Assembly (NCBI GenBank): GCA_049970895.1
Contig: JBMFMB010000017.1
Span: forward strand, 1-30,599
Direction of reading: 5' to 3'
DNA from: Candidatus Bathyarchaeia archaeon
GTDB lineage: Archaea > Thermoproteota > Bathyarchaeia > Bathyarchaeales > Bathycorpusculaceae
DNA: 30,599 nt
The position numbers and the translations under genes were made by a program. The notes under the pieces were generated by a model. That model was not told where the DNA came from, did not search any database, and saw only the letters and a program-made list of their open reading frames with translations. Position 1 is the first letter of the stretch. Each line of letters begins with the position of its first letter. Below, in pieces: positions 17,230 through 25,989 of the stretch.

Positions 17230-19635
17230 TTAGGTTCCCCCGGCTTTTTGGAAAACTTTTTTGGCGAGTTCTATCTCCTCTGGGGTTACGCTTTCCACGA
17301 TCTTCTGCATTTCGTAAATTTTGGAGGCGAACCTTTCTCCTTCAGCTGCTGAAACCCATAACAATTGAAGCCTCTCCTTGTTTAACCCGTTTTGTTCCAT
17401 CTTTTTCCATAAACGTTCTACACGCCTCTGAGTGTGATAGTTGGCATTTATATAGTGGCAGTCTCCAGGGTGGCAGCCCGCCACGATGACTGCAGCAGCA
17501 CCTCTCGCGAAGGCCCTTTCAACAAATTTTGGAGCTACCCTTCCAGAGCACATCGTTCTAATTATCCGCACGTTTGGTGGGTATTGCATTCTACTGACTC
17601 CAGCGAAGTCTGCACCGGCATAAGCACACCAGTTGCAGCAGAAGGCAACAATTTTCTTATCAGCATCGTGCTCCGTAACAGCGTCTATTTGAGCTATTAT
17701 CTGCTCGTCTGTAAAATGATTCTGCGTCAACGCGTCGGAAGGGCACTCAGCAGCGCATGTTCCGCATCCTCCGCAAGCAGCCTCAACGATTTCGATGCGT
17801 TTAAGCTCCTTGTTTAGAGTTATCGCATTATAGGGGCAAACCTTTGTGCAAAGCCCACAAGCCTTACACTTTTCCACGTCCAAAATCGGCGTGATAGCCT
17901 CAACCGTAACCTTGCCCTTAGCCATAAGAATGCCAGCTCTGGCTGCGGCTGCGCTTGCCTGTGTTACGCTGTCTTTTATGTCCTTTGGGGCTTCAGCACA
18001 TCCAGCGAAGAATATGCCTCCGGTTGCAGCGTCCACTGGTCGGAGCTTTGGATGGGCTTCCATGAAGAATCCGTCTTGCGTTCTGGAAAGTGTCAGTAAT
18101 CGCTGTATTACTTCGCTGTCTTTCCGCGGCTCAAGCCCAACGGATAGAATAACCATGTCGAAGTTCATTTTGTATGGTTCTTTCAGGAGCGTGTTTTCGC
18201 CTATTAGCCAAAGGTTGCGGGTCCTCTTATCCTCAATTATTTCTGCTGGAAGCCCCCGGATGAATATTACGCCTTCCTTTTTCGACCTCTTGTAGAGGTC
18301 TTCGAAACCCTTCCCATACGCGCGGATGTCAACGTAAAAGACGTAGATTTCAGTTTCAGGCCAATGCTCCTTAATGAGGAGACTGTCCTTTATTGTGTTC
18401 ATGCAACAAACATTACTGCAGTAAGTTCGTCCAGTCCTATTAGAGCGGGAGCCAACACATTGTATAAAGGCTACACGCTTCGGAACCTTCATATCACTAG
18501 GCCTTATCAACCTCCCACCAGATGGACCGCCAGCATTAATCAGCCTTTCAAATTCAAGGGATGTAATCACGTTTAGATATTTGCCATAACCATACTGTGG
18601 AAGCGCTGAAGGGTCAAAAACGTCTGCGCCCGTCGCCACTATTATTGTTCCCACTTCTAGTTCTATAGTTTCAGGTTTCATTGTGAAGTCTATGGCTTGT
18701 CTTTCGCAAGCCTTAACGCATTTGTCGCACACCATCACGCCGTCTTTGTTGAGGCATAGGTTCATGTCAATAATGTATGTTGATGGGACAGCTTGTGCAA
18801 ACGGCGTGTAAATGGCGTGTCTTAGGGCTAGGCCAGCGTCAAACTCGTTTGGCGCTGTCATGGGACAAACTTTCGAGCATTCGCCACACGCTGAACAGTC
18901 TTCCTTCACATATCGCGGTTTCTTTAAGACTTTGACTCGGAAGTTGCCTATGTATCCTTTTACATCGATAACTTCACTGTTGGTTAATAGTTCAATGTTT
19001 GAATGGCGCCCTACATCCGACATTTTAGGCGCAAGAATACATATGGAACAGTCCATTGTTGGGAAAGTCTTGTCTATCCTTGCCATCATCCCGCCGATGC
19101 TCGGCTCCCTCTCCACCAAATAAACTTTATAACCAGTATCCGCAAGGTCCAAAGCTGCTTGAATGCCTGCAACGCCCCCACCAATGATTAATGCTTTCCT
19201 TATAATTGGCACTTCAATTTCGCTGGCTGATCTAAGTAGGGCTGCCTTTGCCACAGCCATTTTAACAATGTCTTTAGCCTTTTCTGTTGCCGCCTTCCTA
19301 TCGTAGAGGTGAACCCAACTACACTGCTCACGTATGTTAGCCATCTCAAAAAGGTACTTGTTTAACCCAGCCTCTTCACACACTTTCCGAAATGTTGGTT
19401 CATGAAGACGCGGAGAACACGAAGCAACAACCACACGGTTGAGCCTATACTCCCTAATATCATTCTTTATAAGCGCTTGTCCCTGGTCTGAACACGTATA
19501 GCGGTAATCCCTTGCCAAAACAACATGGGGAAGTGTTGCAGCAAACTCTGCAACTTCTTTGCAGTCAACAGAACCAGCGATGTTTAAACCGCAATGACAA
19601 ACATAAACTCCAATGCGAATTTCCTCTTTTGCCAT
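17230..19635 (-). CDS. hdrA: HdrA-MvhD fusion (flavin-based electron-bifurcation module)
   Basis: GVYVCHCGLNI, SCSPRLHE, GGGVAG, TFPTMDCSICI, inserted ferredoxin, LEFER, CVGSR...YCSNVCCMNTIK, C-terminal ferredoxin, then MvhD (FCCNWCAY, MCSGR, GCHPGDCHY). Confidence 0.95.
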   Translation of the reverse strand: MAKEEIRIGVYVCHCGLNIAGSVDCKEVAEFAATLPHVVLARDYRYTCSDQGQALIKNDIREYRLNRVVVASCSPRLHEPTFRKVCEEAGLNKYLFEMANIREQCSWVHLYDRKAATEKAKDIVKMAVAKAALLRSASEIEVPIIRKALIIGGGVAGIQAALDLADTGYKVYLVEREPSIGGMMARIDKTFPTMDCSICILAPKMSDVGRHSNIELLTNSEVIDVKGYIGNFRVKVLKKPRYVKEDCSACGECSKVCPMTAPNEFDAGLALRHAIYTPFAQAVPSTYIIDMNLCLNKDGVMVCDKCVKACERQAIDFTMKPETIELEVGTIIVATGADVFDPSALPQYGYGKYLNVITSLEFERLINAGGPSGGRLIRPSDMKVPKRVAFIQCVGSRSNRTGRTYCSNVCCMNTIKDSLLIKEHWPETEIYVFYVDIRAYGKGFEDLYKRSKKEGVIFIRGLPAEIIEDKRTRNLWLIGENTLLKEPYKMNFDMVILSVGLEPRKDSEVIQRLLTLSRTQDGFFMEAHPKLRPVDAATGGIFFAGCAEAPKDIKDSVTQASAAAARAGILMAKGKVTVEAITPILDVEKCKACGLCTKVCPYNAITLNKELKRIEIVEAACGGCGTCAAECPSDALTQNHFTDEQIIAQIDAVTEHDADKKIVAFCCNWCAYAGADFAGVSRMQYPPNVRIIRTMCSGRVAPKFVERAFARGAAAVIVAGCHPGDCHYINANYHTQRRVERLWKKMEQNGLNKERLQLLWVSAAEGERFASKIYEMQKIVESVTPEEIELAKKVFQKAGGT

Positions 19636-19642
19636 TCTCCAC

Positions 19643-21082
19643 TCACCTTAAACCTAAAGACTTTAGGTAACAATCAATAGAAGCGGCGGCAATTTTCCCA
19701 GAACATATAGCCTCAATAATTGAGGCTGGACCAGTTACGGCGTCCCCGCCGGCAAACACGCCTTTAAGGGTTGTCTCCATGGTTAATGGGTTAACCCAAA
19801 TAGTGCCATCCTCGTTTAGCTCAACTTCTTTCGGCAAAAAAGACAGATCTGGAACCTCACCAATCGCCAAAATCACCACGTCCGCCTCTTTAACAAATTC
19901 AGAACCCTCAATAGGAATCGGTTTCCTCCTTCCTGTCTCATCTAACCCGCCTAACTGCATTCGGACAAATTCAACAGCAGAAACCTTTCCGCCATTGCCC
20001 AGAAAACTTTTAGGAGAAACCAAAAACTCGATTTTTACACCCTCATTTTGAGCCTCCTTAACTTCCCATGGGTTTGCAGGCATCTCCTCCACGGATCTCC
20101 GATAAAATATCGTTGCCTCTCCAGCACCACATTTTAGGGCTGTTCTTGCAGAGTCAACTGCAACGTTCCCACCGCCAATCACAACCACGCGTTTGCCCCT
20201 AACGTCCGGCATCTTTCCAGAATTAACCATCCAGAGAAAGTCTAAAGCATGCATCACCCCATTTAAGTCGACACCTTCAACCCTCAACTCTTGCCCTTTA
20301 TGAGCGCCTACACCGATAAAAATAGCATCATACCCTTGCCTCAAACTACTAAAATCAACATCCTTACCAACAGCAACACCAGTTTCTATTTCTACGCCAA
20401 GATCTTTCAAAACTTCTATGTCCTTGTCCAAAAATTCCCTCGGGAGACGATAAGTTGGCAAACACTTTCTCAACATCCCGCCCGACTCTGAAAGAACTTC
20501 AAAAACCGTAACCTTATAGTTTTTTAGAGCTAAGTCGTGTGCAACAGTAAGCCCTGCTGGCCCTGAGCCTATAACTGCAACCTTCCTATTTGATAATTCT
20601 GCTTGAGCTTCCTTCTTTTTCTCGCCTAAAAATTCCTTCCTCAGCTTTTCAGCCTCGTTTATGACTTTGTTTAGATTTAACCCCGCGCGCTCCGGATGGA
20701 AACACGCAAGAATCGTGACTAAGGGGAGGGGGGATACCTTAACAATTTTTCTTATGGCATTTTCAAACACTCGCCCATATCCCCATTTAACAGCAAACTT
20801 TTTGACGTGAAGGAATATTTCTGGCGGCTTCAGGGCTTGTGGGCAATGCCTACAACAACGGTAACACCAAGCACAAAGCCAAAGCTCATCTGAAGCCAAA
20901 GCATATTCAATGCTTAAGAAAATCTTTTCAAGAATATTTCTCGGGTTATATTCTCCTTTTAGGAGTCCCGCCATGGGGCAGCTTGCCGTGCATATTCCAC
21001 ATTCAAAACAGAACTTGAGTTTCTCAGCGTCTGGATATTCGGCGAGAACCTCTTTGTAGGTCACGGTTTTTGCCGTGCTCAA
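19643..21082 (-). CDS. Chimeric HdrC-like 2x[4Fe-4S] domain plus GltD/NfnB/SudA-like FAD/NAD(P)H oxidoreductase
   Basis: N-terminal CFECGICTASCP and WLCAWCYRCCRHCPQ, then IGSGPAG, GGML...LPTYRLP, IGGGNVAVD, YRRS, FAGGDAVTGP. Confidence 0.85.
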   Translation of the reverse strand: MSTAKTVTYKEVLAEYPDAEKLKFCFECGICTASCPMAGLLKGEYNPRNILEKIFLSIEYALASDELWLCAWCYRCCRHCPQALKPPEIFLHVKKFAVKWGYGRVFENAIRKIVKVSPLPLVTILACFHPERAGLNLNKVINEAEKLRKEFLGEKKKEAQAELSNRKVAVIGSGPAGLTVAHDLALKNYKVTVFEVLSESGGMLRKCLPTYRLPREFLDKDIEVLKDLGVEIETGVAVGKDVDFSSLRQGYDAIFIGVGAHKGQELRVEGVDLNGVMHALDFLWMVNSGKMPDVRGKRVVVIGGGNVAVDSARTALKCGAGEATIFYRRSVEEMPANPWEVKEAQNEGVKIEFLVSPKSFLGNGGKVSAVEFVRMQLGGLDETGRRKPIPIEGSEFVKEADVVILAIGEVPDLSFLPKEVELNEDGTIWVNPLTMETTLKGVFAGGDAVTGPASIIEAICSGKIAAASIDCYLKSLGLR

Positions 21083-21122
21083 TTTAATTCGCCTTACTAT
21101 TATTGGGAATGCTCACGGATAT

Positions 21123-21144
21123 AAACTTTACAAATGTAAAGTTT
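21123..21144. promoter_or_regulatory. Inverted repeat AAACTTTACA-aa-TGTAAAGTTT, a putative operator in the divergent promoter
   Basis: 10-bp arms are exact reverse complements. TATA-like boxes flank it (TTTATA on the minus strand at ~21120-21125; TTTTATAA on the plus strand at 21163-21170). Confidence 0.6.
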
Positions 21145-21209
21145 TAAATCACAAGCAACTCCTTTTATAATCACAAAGACAATTAAACCATAAGCACGGG
21201 GAACAACAA

Positions 21210-22235
21210 ATGGACGAAGTCAAAGTTGTTTTATATGGGGTTGGCACAGTTGGAAGCCTCATAGCGAGGGCACTTCTTGAAAAAAGGGGGGTAAAGATAG
21301 TTGGTGCAATTGATGTTGCAAAGGACAAAGTTGACAAGGATTTAGGCGAAGTTTTAGGCTTAAACAAGAAAATCGGCATAATAGTTTCAAGCGACGCTGA
21401 CGCTGTACTTGCGAAGACCAAGCCAGACATAGCCATCCACGCCACATCATCCTATCTTAGAGACACGTACCCACAGATAGCCTCCATTATTAAGCATGGC
21501 GTAAATGTGATATCTACATGCGAAGAACTCTCCTATCCATACTGTTCAGAACCAAGAATCGCAGAGGAACTAGATAAACTAGCTAAAAAGCATGACGCAA
21601 CAGTTTTGGGCACGGGGATAAATCCGGGATTTTTAATGGACACCCTTGTGATAACACTGACGGCGGCGTGCCAAAAAATAGAGAAAATTGAAGCTGTTAG
21701 GGTTATGAACGCCGCTAAAAGACGCTTACCTTTCCAAAAGAAGATAGGCGCGGGCTTAACAGTTGAGGAGTTTAAACAAAAAATTGAAAAGGGAGAAATA
21801 ACTGGACACGTTGGGCTTGTGCAGTCCATTGCAATGATTGCAGCCGCTTTGGCATGGAAACTTGATGAAATAAAGGTTGACCCAGTTGAGCCAGTAATAG
21901 CCAAAGAACAAGTGAAAAGCGATTTCATAAAAGTTGACGCTGGAAAAATTGCAGGTTTGAGGCAAACGGCAAGAGGCATTATGAAAGGCAAAGAAGTCAT
22001 AGTCCTAGACTTTAAAGCCTACATTAGCGCAGAAGAAGAGTATGACGCCATAACAATCACTGGTGTCCCAACAATAAAGCAGAAAATTCAGCCTTGTATC
22101 CACGGAGACGCAGGAACGGTGGCGGTAATCATAAACTCTATTCCAAAAGTTTTGAAGGCACCAGCTGGCTTGGTCACAATGAAAGATTTGCCTGTTCCCT
22201 CAGCCGTGGTTGAGGATATGCAGAAATACTTGTAA
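21210..22235 (+). CDS. NAD(P)H-dependent amine dehydrogenase, 2,4-diaminopentanoate dehydrogenase (Ord)-like / DapB N-terminal family
   Basis: YGVGTVG Rossmann motif, NVISTCEEL.YP, TVLGTGINPGFLMD, KKIGAG, GHVGL, GD.GT...IPKV..A..GLVTMKDLP. Confidence 0.82.
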   Translation: MDEVKVVLYGVGTVGSLIARALLEKRGVKIVGAIDVAKDKVDKDLGEVLGLNKKIGIIVSSDADAVLAKTKPDIAIHATSSYLRDTYPQIASIIKHGVNVISTCEELSYPYCSEPRIAEELDKLAKKHDATVLGTGINPGFLMDTLVITLTAACQKIEKIEAVRVMNAAKRRLPFQKKIGAGLTVEEFKQKIEKGEITGHVGLVQSIAMIAAALAWKLDEIKVDPVEPVIAKEQVKSDFIKVDAGKIAGLRQTARGIMKGKEVIVLDFKAYISAEEEYDAITITGVPTIKQKIQPCIHGDAGTVAVIINSIPKVLKAPAGLVTMKDLPVPSAVVEDMQKYL

Positions 22236-22253
22236 TTTTAATGTTTCCATGGA

Positions 22254-23036
22254 GTGATGAGGTTGAGGTTTCAAGTTGATATAAACTGTGATTTGGGGGA
22301 AAGCTTTGGCGCATTCAAGGTTGGAAACGACGCGGAAATAATGCCCTACATAACTTCTGCTAATGTTGCGTGTGGTTTTCACGCTGGAGAACCCTTAACA
22401 ATGGCGCAGACCATAGCTCTGGCAAAAAAGCACGGGGTGGCTGTGGGTGCTCACCCCGGATATCCAGATCTAATGGGGTTTGGAAGAAGGGAGATGCAAT
22501 TAACAAGCGAAGAAGCGAAAAGTTATATTATCTACCAGATTGGTGCGCTTCAAGCGTTCGCCAAAGTTTTCGGTGTCAACCTTCAGCATGTAAAACCGCA
22601 TGGGGCTATGTATAACATGGCGTTAAAGGATAGAGAGCTTTCTAGGGCTATAGCTGAAGCCATCGCAAAGCTAGATCTTGACCTTATTGTTTTTGCACCT
22701 CCAAAATCGGCATTGGCTGAAATGGCAGCAAACACTGGACTGCGGGTTGCCTACGAGTTTTTCGCCGACAGAGCCTACAACTCGGATGGGAGCCTAGTTT
22801 CTAGGAAAATGCCCGGTGCTATAATTGAGAAGCCAGACAAAGCCTTAAAGCGAGCCCTACGAGCCGTAAAGGAAGGTGTAGTTGAGGCTTTTGACGGCAC
22901 ACTTGTGGAACTTGGACAAGTGCACACTATCTGTGTTCATGGTGACACGCCAACAGCGGTCAAGTTAGCTGAAGCTTTAAAGAAGGGACTTGTTAAAGCT
23001 GGGATAGAGGTTAAACCAGTAAGCCAATTTATTTAA
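22254..23036 (+). CDS. pxpA: 5-oxoprolinase subunit A (LamB/YcsF)
   Basis: DINCDLGESFG, SANVACGFHAG, GAHPGYPD, HVKPHGAMYN, FADRAY, TICVHGD. Confidence 0.94.
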   Translation: MMRLRFQVDINCDLGESFGAFKVGNDAEIMPYITSANVACGFHAGEPLTMAQTIALAKKHGVAVGAHPGYPDLMGFGRREMQLTSEEAKSYIIYQIGALQAFAKVFGVNLQHVKPHGAMYNMALKDRELSRAIAEAIAKLDLDLIVFAPPKSALAEMAANTGLRVAYEFFADRAYNSDGSLVSRKMPGAIIEKPDKALKRALRAVKEGVVEAFDGTLVELGQVHTICVHGDTPTAVKLAEALKKGLVKAGIEVKPVSQFI

Positions 23037-23045
23037 TGATGCCCC

Positions 23046-23792
23046 ATGAAAGACGCTGTTTACCCGTCCGCACGGTATTTTCCCTTTGGCGACAGCGCAC
23101 TGGTTGTTGAGTTTGGCGATATAATTGATTTGGCGGTAAATAGCAAGGTTATTGCTTTAAATGAGGCTCTTTTGAATGCAGGAATAAGAGGAGTCGAGGA
23201 AATTGTCCCGACTTATAGGTCGCTGCTCATTCGTTATGAGCCGGCTGAAATATCCTACGAACAACTTGTTTTGCGTGTTAAGGAAATTGAAAAGATGCTG
23301 GGAGAAAAGCCAGCAAAAACAGATGGAAGAAAGCTTGTTGTTCCAGTGGTTTATGGTGGGGTTTATGGACCAGACTTGGCTTATGTGGCTCAGTATCATG
23401 GGTTAAATGAGGAGCAAGTTGTTAGGCTTCATTCCGGAAAAGAGTATAGGGTTTACATGATAGGCTTTGTCGCTGGCTTTCCATATTTAGGCGATGTTCC
23501 GGAAGAAATTGCAACACCACGCCTTGAAACCCCACGCTTAAGAGTGCCAGCCGGATCCGTTGGGATTGCAGAAAAACAGACGGGAATATATCCATGCGAG
23601 GCTCCTGGAGGCTGGCGGATAATAGGCAGGACCCCCATAAAACTTTTTGACCCGCAGTGGCAGCCTCCAGCCTTGCTAAAACCCGGAGACATCGTCAAAT
23701 TCAATCCAATTTCAGAAAGTGAATTCAGGAAGATTGAAGAGCTTGTCAAGATGGGCACTTACAAATCGCAATTTGAGGAGCAGACAAAATGA
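23046..23792 (+). CDS. pxpB: 5-oxoprolinase subunit B (KipI/AHS1)
   Basis: GDSALVVEF, VPTYRSL, PVVYGG..GPDL, YMIGFVAGFPY, PAGSVGIA, PGGWRIIGRTP. Confidence 0.93.
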   Translation: MKDAVYPSARYFPFGDSALVVEFGDIIDLAVNSKVIALNEALLNAGIRGVEEIVPTYRSLLIRYEPAEISYEQLVLRVKEIEKMLGEKPAKTDGRKLVVPVVYGGVYGPDLAYVAQYHGLNEEQVVRLHSGKEYRVYMIGFVAGFPYLGDVPEEIATPRLETPRLRVPAGSVGIAEKQTGIYPCEAPGGWRIIGRTPIKLFDPQWQPPALLKPGDIVKFNPISESEFRKIEELVKMGTYKSQFEEQTK

Positions 23793-24739
23793 GTGTTTTC
23801 CAAGTTTTGAAGCCCGGGTTCTTCACAACAGTGCAGGATTTGGGTAGATATGGCTACCTCAAATATGGTGTTCCGATTTCTGGGGCTATGGACTCGTTTT
23901 CCATGGTCGCCGCAAATCTGCTGGTTGGCAATAGCCCCAACGCTGCATGTTTAGAAATAACTCTCATAGGACCAGAGTTTCAAGCATTGGCGGATACGCA
24001 GATTGCCATAACTGGTGGGAGAATTTCTGTGGAAATTAATGGAGAAGAGGCGTCCATGTGGCAAACATTAACCGTTCATAAAGGGGATTTTGTTTCCCTG
24101 GGAAAAGTGGAGAGCGGATGCAGATGCTATCTTTCCATTAGGGGTGGAATAAACACGCCTATGATTCTTGGAAGTAGGTCAACGTATGTGCGTGGCAGAT
24201 TCGGCGGCATAGAAGGCAGACAGTTAAAGACCGGAGACGTAATCGAAGGTTTCAGCGCCCCACTTTTGAAAGCTGGTTTTAAAATGCCGGAAAGCCTCAT
24301 GCCAAACTTCACAAATAACTTTACGGTACATGTTGTTTTGGGACCACAAGCCGACATGTTCGCAGAAAAGGGCATAGAAAAATTCCTTTCAAACCATTAC
24401 AAGGTTACAATAGAGTCCGACCGCATGGGCTACCGCCTCGAGGGACCAGCAATAGAGCATAAGGGAAAAGCGGAAATAGTTTCGGATGCCCTTCTGCCCG
24501 GGGCAATTCAGGTTCCCCGAAATGGAAAACCAATTATAATAATGAAGGATGCCCAAACGACTGGAGGCTATCCCAAAATAGCTGTTGTTGTAACGCCAGA
24601 TTTGGATAGGCTTGGACAGGCTAAGCCTAATGACACCATAAAGTTTTCGGAAATAACATTAAAAGAGGCTCATGAAAAGCTTTTAGAATATCGGAAAACG
24701 CTTGCTAGTCTGTCTGAGAAGCTAATTCAATTAACTTAA
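23789..24739 (+). CDS. pxpC: 5-oxoprolinase subunit C (KipA/AHS2)
   Basis: TTVQDLGR.G, SGAMD, LEITL.GP, GSRST, SDRMGYRL, GAIQVP..GKPII, DAQTTGGYPKI. Confidence 0.93.
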   Translation: MSVFQVLKPGFFTTVQDLGRYGYLKYGVPISGAMDSFSMVAANLLVGNSPNAACLEITLIGPEFQALADTQIAITGGRISVEINGEEASMWQTLTVHKGDFVSLGKVESGCRCYLSIRGGINTPMILGSRSTYVRGRFGGIEGRQLKTGDVIEGFSAPLLKAGFKMPESLMPNFTNNFTVHVVLGPQADMFAEKGIEKFLSNHYKVTIESDRMGYRLEGPAIEHKGKAEIVSDALLPGAIQVPRNGKPIIIMKDAQTTGGYPKIAVVVTPDLDRLGQAKPNDTIKFSEITLKEAHEKLLEYRKTLASLSEKLIQLT

Positions 24740-24782
24740 ACCTTTAAATCAGCTTTTCAACATTGTAGTGCGTGGTGCTTCA

Positions 24783-25238
24783 ATGCCAACAAAACATGTT
24801 CACGAGAAAGGCTCCCTATCCATTGTAGAACTTATTGAAAATGTTAGGGGAAACGCGAATTTTCAAAAGGCAGGAGCCATCGCCATTTTCATAGGTGTTG
24901 TTCGTGGGAAGAACCCAAAAGGGGAGAAGGTTCAGAAACTGGAGATTGAGGCTTATAATGAAAAGGCGGATGAGGTTTTGTCAAACATATGCCAAGACCT
25001 AAAAAGTAGGGATGGCATTGTGGATGTTCAAATACACCATTTTGTCGGTGAGTTTAATGTTGGCGAGGACCTTGTTTATGTTTTGGTTGCCGGCTCGCAT
25101 AGGGAGGATGTCTTTCCAGTTTTAAGGGAGGCTGTTGAAAGGTACAAGAAGGAAGCCCCAATTTTTAAGAAGGAATATGTTGTTTCAAAGGATGGTATTG
25201 GGAAGGCTTACTGGGTTGCAGAAGCCGAAGAACCATAG
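24783..25238 (+). CDS. moaE: Molybdopterin synthase catalytic subunit
   Basis: GAIAIFIGVVR, LEIEAY, VGE..V.V.VAGSHR, KKEAPIFKKE, YWV. Confidence 0.9.
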   Translation: MPTKHVHEKGSLSIVELIENVRGNANFQKAGAIAIFIGVVRGKNPKGEKVQKLEIEAYNEKADEVLSNICQDLKSRDGIVDVQIHHFVGEFNVGEDLVYVLVAGSHREDVFPVLREAVERYKKEAPIFKKEYVVSKDGIGKAYWVAEAEEP

Positions 25239-25304
25239 CCTTCTGGTTTGCAAAGTGTTATTAAGCATTTCATGATAGCTTATTGTTAAGGAGATGAGTC
25301 TGGT

Positions 25305-25973
25305 TTGGAGAAGAAGAGCTATGCCTGGTTTGAGAGGCGTAGAAGAACAAAAGCCCTTGATTTAGCACAGGAGCAGATTACGAAGGCTTTGGACACCGTG
25401 ACGCTTCTCCATTATGCTATGCAGAAGATGGCTGAGGGCAATAGGAAGGAAGCCATGCAGCACATTGAAAACATTTTCAAGGTTGAGAAGGAGGTTGATA
25501 GGCTGCGAACCGAAGTCTTCAAGGAGCTTTCGAAGGGGGTGGCTCTTTTTGCGGATTACCGTGAAGACCTAATGCATCTTGTGAAGAGGCTGGATACGTT
25601 GGCTGACCACGTGAAGGATGCAGCAAGATGCATAAAAATGCTTGAGGAAGCAAAAATTCCAAAGGAGCTTTGGGAGAACACAGCCCACACAACCTCATTC
25701 CTAGTGGATTGCGCCCAAGCCTTGAGAGGCAGCATTGAGAAAATTACTGTGGATTCCTCTGCGGCTATAGGTGGAGCAAAGAAGGTTGAGGAAATTGAGA
25801 GGAAAATTGACGATGACTATCTTAAAACCAAAGCCTTGTTCATCAAGTACGCAGGTCAAATGGACAGCGGTTCAATGGTTATTTTCGATGATCTTGTGGA
25901 GTTTATTGAGCACGCTGCGGACATGTGTGCTGACACAGCAGACTATATCGTTATACTGGCAAGCAGAGAATAG
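25305..25973 (+). CDS. DUF47 / PhoU-like phosphate transport regulator
   Basis: All-helical, with repeated EKEVD / ERKID and REDL...D.LAD / IEHAAD...D motifs. TTG start follows an AGGAGA RBS. Confidence 0.85.
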   Translation: MEKKSYAWFERRRRTKALDLAQEQITKALDTVTLLHYAMQKMAEGNRKEAMQHIENIFKVEKEVDRLRTEVFKELSKGVALFADYREDLMHLVKRLDTLADHVKDAARCIKMLEEAKIPKELWENTAHTTSFLVDCAQALRGSIEKITVDSSAAIGGAKKVEEIERKIDDDYLKTKALFIKYAGQMDSGSMVIFDDLVEFIEHAADMCADTADYIVILASRE

Positions 25974-25989
25974 CCCGGTTCAGCAATCT

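Noticed and set aside
17230-19635. HdrA as evidence of methanogenesis or selenoproteins
   Set aside because: The window has no mcr, mtr or hdrB. All cluster ligands are ordinary Cys codons in an uninterrupted frame, so no Sec recoding is needed.
19643-21082. Glutamate synthase small subunit (gltD)
   Set aside because: No gltB is nearby, and the GltD N-terminal Fe-S domain is replaced by an HdrC-like one.
23046-24739. Allophanate hydrolase / urea carboxylase or KipI-KipA sporulation regulators
   Set aside because: The adjacent LamB/YcsF gene completes the PxpABC set, and no biotin carboxylase is present.
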